From the NCBI GenBank assembly GCA_905178155.1, contig CAJINV010000004.1, forward strand, positions 7,563,820 to 7,627,819: 64,000 nucleotides of DNA, in the 5' to 3' direction. Position 1 is the stretch's first letter, and every line of letters begins with the position of its first letter. Source of the stretch: Amoebophrya sp. A120. Its lineage: Eukaryota; Protista; Dinoflagellata. The notes below the pieces were generated by a model. That model saw only the letters and a program-made list of their open reading frames with translations, searched no databases and was not told the origin of the DNA. The translations under genes were made by a program, and so were the position numbers. Shown in pieces: positions 53,644 to 64,000 of the stretch.

Positions 53644-56600
53644 TTTATTATGACGGAAGCTATGTTCTTGTTTCAGTTTGTTCTAATCGTTACAAGCAAA
53701 AGGTCGAATCGGAGGTGGCGTGCAGTGAAAGTGAAATACAAAAAAAGGCGGCAGAGGTGAAAAGGATTCAAGTAAAGTGTTGTCGAAGATGAGAAAAGTC
53801 TACGAAGAAGATCTTCTGCGACTTGGTACTATAATCCAGATGTTCAGAATGTACAAAATTAGAATGGCTGCGTTTTAGTGATAATTGTAAGGCAACATCT
53901 GTTGTTGAAGATCAACTTGAAGTTGAACTTGATCTTTGTCATTTGACTGGCATCATTGGCATCGCCACACACTGTCTCTACAAAGTCTTCTTGCAAACAT
54001 CGGCGATTTCTATTCGGTATTCAAACAAAATTCCGTAACGTATTTATAGTATGATGTAGAAGAAGTGCACCACGATTGATACCTCAGAATTTTTAATCGA
54101 GGTAGCACGGGTTGAGAAGGATCTTTCTTTCGACCCTCCGTTCTAGATTTCGACTTAGAATCGCAAGCGCGCTAGAACTCTAAGAACCGAGTTTGCGTTT
54201 GACATTGACTGACACTGAAACCAGCACGATATGGTTGCGTTGCTTCTCGGAGAACTATATCAAGGAAACACAACACTCTAAAGGCGCCTTGTCTTGTCCT
54301 ATGAGGCTGTTCGCCGAAGCACGCTGTCGACACGACAGCAGATTTGAGATTTCTGTGGCGCTTTGGTTACTGCAGATTAGATAGACCCAGCTACCGCAGC
54401 CACCGTAGCTGCTACCGCAGCCGCTGGCACGAGCCCATCGCAACGGCGGGCCGGCAGAAGCGGGACGAATAGCCGCACCCGCGCCGCCAAGGCAACTTCG
54501 TACCCTGCGGGCGGCACGGCCTTGCCGGAGCACGGCCAGCGCCGGCCGTAGCTAGCCGACGGCCAAGAAGCATGAGCGCGCGCTTACTTATGCCACAGAG
54601 CCGGAACGAGGCCCCGCAGTCATTCGATGGGCGCGCAGTGGCGGCCGCCCCTGAACTCCCCCAAGGCAGGTGCGCGGCGCAGTCGTGGCACGTTCCGGGG
54701 CCAGCCAATTCGCAGGGCGGGCCCAGATGGCGGCGGAGCCGCCCGGTCTTTGGGCCGGCCCTCTCGCGGGGCCATCCCATTCACGCCCGCACCACCTAGA
54801 CGAGGCGCCTCCTGGCCCTGCACGTGGCGCAGCGCGGCGGCCGCGAAACCGCTCAGACGGAGCCTGCCGGGGCGAAAAAATTATCGTTTCGGACGAGGTA
54901 CGAGGCGCCGGCCGCCTGGTGGCCACTCCGATCACAGATCCGACGCTGATCCTCCCGAGGCCCGCGAACGGGATGCTGCGGGTCGTGGACGCTGCCGCCG
55001 CAGGTACTCCTCCACCCTGTGACCCGGAGCAGGCGGCGCCGGGCGCGGCGAGCGTGGAGCCGCGAAGGCCAAATCCCGGGTTCGTTTGCAGCCGAACTGC
55101 CGGCGGAGAGGAGCGCTGCGGCCCGAATCCGCAGGCAGCAGAGGAGGACGTCGGACGGCCGCCCACCTGCTTTAGTAGGTAGAAGAGCTTCTCCTTCATG
55201 TCCTTCATTCGCCAGGCCGAAGCTGATGCGCGGGCAGCTCTGTCAACGTCTTCCCCTCGTCCCCGCAAGCCCGCCACCTGGTACAGTCGTCCGCTTGCCG
55301 GCCCGGCCCGGCTCGGCTTCGCCTGCCAACCATCCGCTGCGAACGCCGGTTTGGCGAGAAGCACAGACGAATCATACGCCCCGGTGGCCGGCAGCGGCGT
55401 AGTAGGCAAGCATAACCATTCATCGCTACATTCGAACTAACATGAAGAAAAGTCAGGTATCAAGAAGCTGTTGAAGTAAAATCCAAACGCATAAACTGCG
55501 GTCTTCACTCAAGACACTCTCTCTAGCCCAGCAGCCCGCCCAATTCGGGGGCCGAAGAGACACTGAGTGTCGCTCGCCCTCTCAGTTCAGTAGTTTCACA
55601 CGCACCAACCTCTCCGTCTCGCACCGGCTCTGCCACGGTGTGGTCCCGCGAGGTTTCCAAAGTCTACAGCCAACAACCCAATTTCCACAGTGAGCCGCAA
55701 CTCGGACGAGGAGAAACATACGGCTAGTACGGATCACAACCTGCTCTCAAGTCCTCCTCTTCCGCTGTGTTGCAGTTGCAGGCCATACTGAGTTAAGAAA
55801 AAACACGCGGACTGCCTCGGCGAGAGGATGCGAAGCCGGACCAGTGACTCGACTGCAGATTGCGACGTGAGTGGACTGAAGGCGCCACGACTTCTTTCGT
55901 TACCATGGCCGCCTGCGCGGGCTCATTGTTGGGGCAGCAACCACCGGCGCAGCCGGATAGCCAGACCGCCAGCGCGCCAAAACGTGGCCGCGCCAGCTGC
56001 CTGGCGCGAGCCAGCCGGCGGCGAATGAAAAAAGCCACGCCGGCGCAAAACGGGCGCGCCCTTTTGCAAGAGCCCCGCCGCGGGTGCGGCCCGAGATACG
56101 CGCAGGGGGTGCTTCTGGCCACGCCAGCGGACGCGACGCGGCGGCAGTGCATTGTGGGCCCAGCTCATTGCCTCCAACCCTGGCCCTAGCGAGCGGCGCC
56201 GCCGCTCCGCGCTAGCTTTCCGGGCTCAACATCTCGCGGCCGCGCGTAGCCCGCGCGGTGGCCGTGACTCCGGTGGCGGGCCTGCGACTCGATGCAATCA
56301 TTGCAGCACGCTAGGTGGAAGCATGGGGCACACCCGGGCCGGGCGATTTCCGCGACCGACTGCAAAAAGTCTTCATACCGAGAGGCGAGTGTCGCGCCTG
56401 CGCTCCTGGGTCCCGGGTCGGCCCCGCCGTCCCGGATCGGCTGTACGCCAAAGGCGGCTAGAATCGTCCTCCGGCGCTAACGGCCCCTTGCGTCGGCCAT
56501 TCTGCACAGAACGAGAACCAACTACAACAGATACGCATCATGGCCCCCACCTCCACACCGCGTACTATATGAAAGTATACTTACTCATGCTAAGTGTCTA

Positions 56601-57574
56601 AATTCGTTGCTCAACCTCGACAGCAGTACCTGGGCCAAAACTCAATAAAAATAAATTTGATTTACGTTTCTTAAAAGGGCACCTCATTTTGAAGAAAGTC
56701 GTGCCGCTCCACAAGTGCCACTCATCATCTCTGATCACGCTCACAAGCGTCTCCTGGAACAGGGTCCGCACGCCTCGTTGTACGCCAGCTGAGTACGGAC
56801 GCGCGTAGGCGCGCCGCCCCTCCCTGTCTTGATGTCGCGATGGTGGCGATAATGCGTGTCACCGCTGCCAGCGGCGCGGGCTTGGCAGCAACAAGTAGAG
56901 GTCCGCCCCGCTGCGCCCACAGCAAGTTAAAAAGATCTCCCCCGCGCCACCACGCTGGCCAAAGGCTGAGCGGACGCGTGACAACAGCGGGCGTGCAAGC
57001 GCTCCTGGAGCACAAGCCAACGGGCGGGAGTGCCCAGGATCTTCTCTGCTCGCAAGCCACCGAGCGGACGTGACTCTGCGGAGCAACTCGGCCAAAGAAA
57101 AGCGCGATAAAGCCCATGGCAATGCTGTAAAATTTTCTTCTTCCATTCTGAGGTTGCATTCCCAGGCCGCCACCATGCTGAAAAAAGCACGCGGACTGCC
57201 AGGGCGAGACGAGAAGCTGGAACCGCTGGTCCCGAGCAACCCCTCGCCCGACAAGCTACACGCGGTCGTCAGAGTGGTTAGCCCCTCGTGCGTGCACCCG
57301 CAGGACCCACCTACTACTTAATTCGCAGGCTACGACACGAGGCGGCTCCAGGCCCCGCTCGGTCGCCATGGGGCGCTTGCAAGATCGCAGATTCGGCAGC
57401 GTGCCGCCGCCTACCCGCGCGTTGTTACCCCTTGCGGAAAGATCTAAGGGAGGGCAGCCAGAATACGTCTGCTAAATACTGCAACTCGGGCAAAAAAAAA
57501 CGACCTGTGTTTTATTTTGTATCAAAAACAATCGAACTTTTCTGATGGTCACACAGCTATACAATCTATTTTTC

Positions 57575-57960
57575 TGGCGCACAGTGTGTTTCAGGGTGGA
57601 CACACGGCATCTCTCCCCTGCTTGCTATGGTCGGACAGCGTGTCTTGTAGTTTATTTATACTTGTAGCCAACATTTCTGGCGCATAACACGTGTCAGGGT
57701 GGACACACGGCATCTCTCCCCTGTTTTGGTCCTCGGACAGCTTTATTCATAGTATACGCTGCTTGCGCATAGTGCGTTTCAGGGTGGAGACACGGCCTCT
57801 CTTCCCTGCCACTGGTCTTACAGATTACCGTCTACTTCTTGCGCATAGTGCGTTTCAGGGTGGAGACACGGCCTCTCTTCCCTGCCAATGGTCTTACAGA
57901 TTACCGTCTACTTCTTGCGCATAGTGCGTTTCAGGGTGGAGACACGGCCTCTCTCCCCTC
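57575..57960. repeat. Tandem repeat: near-perfect 76-bp unit (~2.6 copies) plus two diverged copies
   Basis: GCGCATAGTGCGTTTCAGGGTGGAGACACGG at 57765, 57841 and 57917; related cores near 57577 and 57679. Confidence 0.9.
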
Positions 57961-58089
57961 TTCTGACGCCGGAGGGACACATTATAGTCTAACTTTCTTG
58001 CGTATGGGCAAAAAGGTAAAAAACAAAGCTACGACATGTTGCAGCACAATGGAGTAATACCTGATTATGTTCATCGCCCGACGCCCCGG

Positions 58090-61000
58090 AGCTGATTGGG
58101 TTTTTACGCTGTATGAAAGGAAAATCCTGAGCAAGGCCGAAGCTGTGACGCAGTTTTCGTTTCTCGCGCTTAGCATGACAAATTGCATTTCCAATCTGGC
58201 TCTAGACAGTGACAGGCAGCAGCAGCCTCTTTATAAGCTGCTGGGTGCTACAGCCTTTTGGAAAATCAAAACGGCCGAAATTGCTACTGCGCCACGAATT
58301 CGACGCCGGTTCAGAATTTTGAATGGGATAGACTGCTTCTACCGCCACGATACTCCAGAGGCGGTCACTTCACGTTACCCGGAACCGCTCCTGCAAGGCT
58401 CTCTGGCCGCTCCTGCAAGCCTCTTCGGTTTTTACGCTGTGTAGAAGCAAAATCCTGAGCCAGGTCCAAGTTGTGACGCAGTTTTCGTTTCGTGCACCTT
58501 CTCGCATGACAAATTTCAGTCTAAGTGTACTCATAGCACAAACATATTGAAATGACCTTCGCTAGTACTTTTGAACGGTGGCCGAAATTGCATCACGATT
58601 TTGACACTGACTCAAAATTTGCATGGCATAGACTGCTATTCCTGCAACGACGCTCCCGGGGCGATAGATATGCTTAACGTTCCCCAATGAAACCGCTCGT
58701 GCAGGCTCTATGCCAGCAAAAAAATGTCGAGTCAAATCAAAGCAAAAGAACTGTGATGCCTGATCGCCTGAGCATGACACCGAGGTCTTTCAGAACATCA
58801 TATCAAAAGCACCAAGCCTACTTCTGCACGAAACATCAGACGGCATCAGATGCATGGATCAAGTGCTACAAACTGCATCACAGATTTCTGGTTGATTTGA
58901 TTCGGGGTTTTGCTGTGATAGACTTTTTCCCGAAGTCTGGCGTACTTGTACCTCTACCTGTAGTGAGCTTTGCGCGGCGCAAAAAAATAGATACACACTA
59001 GGTAATGGCGCGCGAGCCATGAATGCGAGCCGGGCAAAAGAATGACAAAAAAATGACAAATCAAGTCGCGGCGCGCAAGCCATGATAGCAAGCCGGGCAA
59101 AAAGAAGAAAAAACGAAATACAAGCTGGGCGCGGCATGACAAAACGGGATCGAGCGGCGCGCTAGCCATGAGAGCAAGCCGGGCAAATAAAAAGATGAAA
59201 ACGAAGAACAAAAGATATTCTGTACCAGATCAATCTCCTACCTGTGTGTGGTGCGACGGTCCGGGGCTGCTTCGATTGTTACGCTGTATGGAAGCAAAGA
59301 AAGTCCTGAGTCAAGTTGAAGCTCTGACGCAATGCTGGTTAGTTTCGTGAAATTGGCATGACAAATTCAAGATTTCTAAAGTGTCAGAACAAGAGCGTAG
59401 GATAGCCGCCCTGGCTCTGAGTTGTGCTCTTTCGAAAAATTGCGGAAATTGTATCACAGCTTCGACGCTGACTCAGAATTTTCATATGATAGACTGTTTC
59501 TGCTTGGACGATGCTCCCGGGCCGGCATGCTCCCCGTTACCCAGAACCGCAACTACGGGCTCTATGACAGCAAAATCCCGAGCCAACCCAAGGCCAAACA
59601 ATGAATAGACTGTGACACCGCTACATGACAGTTCGGTCGTGTGGAACATCATATGAGAAAGGCAGCAATCATCTTCCGCCGGCGGGACACATCACGCGCC
59701 TTCACATGCGCGGGCACCGTGCCACAAACTGCATCACAGATTTCAGGTTGACTTGCCTCAGAGTTTTGCTGTGATAGAATTTCTTTTGCGCTATGGCGAA
59801 CCCACCTGGAGCGAAATGCAAGCAGAGGCAGAGAGAAATGACAACTGGGCGGGCTGGTGCGACAGCTCGGTGGGGTTGGCGGGTTTCTACGCTGTATGGA
59901 GGGACAATCCTGCGCCTGGTCAAAGCAGTGATGCAATGATGGTGTACTAGGCATAAAAAATTCGAATCTAAGATTCACAGGAAGAGCGAGCACAGAGTCT
60001 TTCTACGTGCTAGGAGTTGTATTCTTTTCCTTTGCAAAACGACCGGATTTGCATCACAGTTTTGAAGAAGCTGACCAAGAGTTTGCATTGCATAGACTGC
60101 TACTTACTCCCACAATGATCCTCCCTGAGCGGTATACTGCACGTGTTCCAGAACCGCTCTTGCAGGCTCTATGACAGCAAAATCTGGAGTCAAATCAAAG
60201 CTGACTAACCTGTGATGCCTTTATACCTGAGCATGACAGTCGGATCTTTTAGAACATCATATCAAATACCAGACGGCCTCAGATGCATGGAGAAAGTGCT
60301 CAGTACAAACCGCATCGCAGATTTCGGGATGACTTGACTCAAGGTTTTGCTGTGATAGACTTTTTCCGAAGTACGACGCACCTGTAGCGCGCGCGCAAGC
60401 AAAAAAATGACAAATCAAGTCGCGGCGCGCAAGCCATGATAGCAAGCCGGGCAAAAAGAAAAAAACGAAATGAAAGCTGGGCGCGGCATGACAAAAAGGG
60501 ATCGAGCGGCGCGCTAGCCATGAGTGCAAGCCGGGCAAATAAAAAGATATGCTGTACCAGATCAATTCACTACCTGTGTGTGGTGCGACGGTCCGGGGCT
60601 GCTTCGGTTGTTACGCTGTATGGAAGCAAAGAAAGTCCTGAGTCAAGCCGAAGCTCTGATGCAATTCTGGTTAGTTTCGTGGAATTGGCATGACAAACTC
60701 AAGATGTCCAAAGTGTCAGAATAAGAGCGTAGGACAGCCGCCCTGGCTCTGAGTTGTGCTCTTTCGAAAAATTGCGGAAATTGTATCACAGCTTCGACGC
60801 TGACTCAGAATTTTCATATGATAGACTGTTTCTGCTTCGACAATGCTCCTGGGCCGGCATGCTCTACGTTCTTACCCAGAACCGCAACTACAGGCTCTAT
60901 GACAGCAAAAACTCCAGTCAAGTCAAGACGCAAAAGACTGTGAGGTTCACCCTCCCATGCCAGCAATCAACAAAGAAAAACTCTATTCGCCTTTCATCTA

Positions 61001-61150
61001 ATCTACAGGAGGCGTTGGGCGCCACTACCACCTGCTTCTGTTGAAGCACTGACGTACATAAAATGAAACCCCTGATCTGCACTGTAAATTGATGCGTCAC
61101 AGATTCAATCAAGAAACTTGCCTTGACTCAGAGTTTTTCTGTGGTAGATA
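58090..61150. repeat. Complex higher-order repeat array
   Basis: TACGCTGT..TCCTG unit at ~58105, 58434, 59280, 59888 and 60613; ~59040-59590 nearly identical to ~60400-60930; internal inverted arms. Confidence 0.85.
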
Positions 61151-62044
61151 AATTGGAATTACCTTCGAAGTACGGCGTCGAAGTAAACTCGTATGTTCCC
61201 AGCCGGCGATCAGCGTCCGCACCAAACCCAACCGCAGCAACGTCTTCCTTGTCGCGACTGCTTTACAGCCCTTTCGTTTCGGTTTCCCGGGGGACGTGAC
61301 GCTCAGGCCCAGGTCGTGGAAGTGAAGATTATAATTGGTTACTCACTACTATATCGAAAGGACGTGGCCAGTTGTACTTCTGATGTGATCGCTGCAGTGA
61401 GGTACAGTTTGGCTCTATCCGCGCGAAGGCCCATGACTGTGCAGTGGGCCCCCGGCGAGTTATTGACCGTCCGTTGGATCGGTACACGCGGATGCCCACT
61501 GCACATCAGTGTGGAGCGAGCTTCCGGTGATTCGACGGAGGTCTCATTTGGTTTCCGCGCCATCCACAGGTGCTCCATGCTGAAAATAGTGCAGGAAGCC
61601 CCCGTTGGCGCGACGGGCCGTTTGGTTCGGTACGCGCGGGAGCTAGCTGCAGTGCGGTAAGCTCCCGGCGATTCGACGGTCCATTTTCATCCAGCGCACG
61701 CAGGTTCAGCTCACTGCACACAGAGGCGCAGCGAGCTCCCGTTCTGCGCGGCCACAAAGCGTTTCGGTTAGGAGGCCCGGAAACGTGCGTCGACTTACAT
61801 AAGTTTAAGTTATAGGCTCTTGATAATTATGGCGGTAGATAATTCTATGTCAGTGTCCAACTAACTGTGTCTCAATATCCGCTAAAAAAATGACATACGC
61901 ATCAACCATCGGTCCAAATCGGGGGTTTCTTGTACTTTGGTAGATCCCAGTCCGTTTCCCATGAAAATACTTAAACCGTAATAACGAATGGCACGCCCAC
62001 GCACTTCCTTGAAAAGGATTTCCTGGTCGTCGTCGTCCTTTTTA

Positions 62045-63632
62045 CTCTGTATGCAAGCAAAATCCAGTGCTACGACAAAACTGTGTTGCATTGAAGTCGT
62101 TATTTCACAAAGCAGAAGGGGTCTTTTCGTTTCAACAGAATGTGACGCTTCAGTAAACAGAATTACGCATGCCGCAACAAATTCTTCTTCGACGCCTCCC
62201 CAAATAAATATATGCAAAAAGTGCAACACAAATTTGGCCTGACCGCAAGCGCAAAATGTTTTTGCTGAGATAGACTCGTGCTGGCGCGGTTTTCCACTCA
62301 CACCCCGGAACATATGGTAACCCGTCTGCCCCACTGGCTGTATGGTAACAAAATTTCGCTTCAAGCTACGCCTGAAAACTGTCACGCAGCTAAGTACGCA
62401 CACTCACACAGGTCCGAAATAATGAAAATTTTCTTCGTCGCTTATTGTCGTCCGATAGGACAAATCTATGCAAGACAACATCAGCTCGAATCCGCAGTGC
62501 TTGCACACTGGAGCTGCATGACAGAATTTCCTTTTCCTCAGCTTGACTCGAGATTTTCATGCGATAGACCACTGGTCAAAAGGTCTTCGTCCTCTTCATA
62601 TCCGGGCCGGGGTAATGCAAGTCCGCAAGACACCGCAGGGGAAAACTTCAAAGTTTCTATGCAGATACGGGTAGGGGTCAATAGAAAAACTCGAAGCGTA
62701 AAAAAATGTTGGGGTCCAGGTAGTGACGGGAAAAACTTCAACTTTCGAAGAGCAACTTGGGGAAATGAAGTTTGCAATTTTCGTACCGGGTACAAAAAAA
62801 ACTCGATGAGGAAATCAAATTTTGAAGAGGGTACACACATGTATGTTCTCTGGAGCTGGGTACTGCGGGCGGGGGGAATCTTGAAGGAAATACCTGGGGA
62901 GCAAAGAGTCTAGAACTTTTCAATGGGGATCTCGGCTTCGTATTCTGGGCAAAAATTTCACGAGAGTAACTGGGGAGTTGTCGGGGTAATGCGAGGAAAA
63001 GGAAATTTTTAAAGGGGTATATCCAGAGATTGGAAGTTTTGCAACTTTCTGGGTGGAGCACGAGTGCTGCGGGGGGACTTTCAAATTTTCTGAGGGGGGG
63101 TACTGAGTTGGGGTGTGTGAAATTTTCAAAAAAAAATCCCCGTCGCCGTCATCCCGCTTTCTCCGCTGTATGCAAGCAAAACCCGGCACCACGTTCAAGC
63201 TGTGTTGCAAATTCGATCTTTTCGTTCCAGATATGCCACCCTTCAGTACTGCAAGAAATTTCGCCTCGTCTCCCCAAATATGCGAACAAGAGGAAGTGCA
63301 ACACAGATTTGGCCTGGTCGCACATTCATTTTGCTGAGATAGAGTCGTGCTGGTACGGTTGCCCACTTGCACTCCAGAGCCCGTGACCCACCGCCGGCTT
63401 CATACTTACTAACAAAATTTCGACTCAAGTTACGCCTGAAAACTGTCACGCAGCTATATGCACCGGCCGGGAATCACAAAATATTTTTCTCCTCTCGTGC
63501 CCCGATAGGACAAAAAGATGCATGACAACATCAGCTTAAATGCGGTTGCGCACTGAGCCTGCATGACAGTTTTCCCTATGATGATACTTGGCTTGACTCG
63601 AGATTTTCATTTGATAAACTAGGTACTGGTCA
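62045..63632. repeat. Diverged ~500-bp direct repeat pair (~62047-62580 and ~63165-63632)
   Basis: Shared blocks CTGTATGCAAGCAAAA, TTTTGCTGAGATAGA, TACGCCTGAAAACTGTCACGCAGCTA and CTTGACTCGAGATTTTCAT in the same order. Confidence 0.85.
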
Positions 63633-64000
63633 ATGGTGCTGGCTTCTCATGTCAGGGACCGCCAAAAAATTCAGGTGAAATTGTGAACATTTCTACGGGG
63701 CTACTTGCGACCGCGGGTCGCTGGGGAAAAAAGTTTGAACTTGATTGTAAATCTTGGGGTCTAGGCAGAGTGGGGAAATAGAAATTTCATCTCGGGGAGA
63801 GCAACTTTCGCCTATGAAATTTTCAACTTTCGTACGATGTACTAATGACTTTGGTGCAAAATCTTTCAAAAGGGTACGCAAAGCTTGGGGTCTGGGTAAT
63901 GCGGGCCCGGGCGGGGCGAACTTTCAGAAAAAATAGATGGGGGGCAGCCATTCCACTCCCAGTGCGCGACGGTCGAGCCGTCAACCACTGCCGAACCCCC

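Noticed and set aside
54412-57254. Overlapping 100-270 aa ORFs in the GC-rich region
   Set aside because: R/A/P/G-rich in all frames as expected from GC content; no transposase, RT or other motif recognised.
57575-57960. CRISPR-like array (five repeated cores with intervening sequence)
   Set aside because: The last intervening sequences are near-identical (plain 76-bp tandem repeat), there are no cas genes, and the context is eukaryotic.

Overview
Gene-dense eukaryotic genomic DNA with 12 predicted protein-coding genes, all on the minus strand (1-53643), followed by about 10 kb of GC-rich and repeat-rich non-coding sequence. The dominant feature is 42 short elements (130-323 bp, one expanded to 1.1 kb) inserted in coding exons. 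40 have TAT...ATA termini, all have terminal inverted repeats (7 TIR families), and nearly all have a 5-bp flanking direct repeat. Removing each element plus one repeat copy restores the reading frame in all 42 cases. Only 2 can be read as GT-AG introns. This architecture matches the non-canonical 'introner' introns reported for the parasitic dinoflagellate Amoebophrya (Syndiniales); the organism assignment is inferred, not checked. Reconstructed genes include an AMP deaminase with a ~1,950-aa low-complexity tail, a Bin3/MePCE methyltransferase, a BCNT/Swc5 protein, a class-3 lipase, a fucosyltransferase-like protein and a His-box lipid desaturase. All coordinates, counts and spliced models were read by hand and need transcript confirmation.
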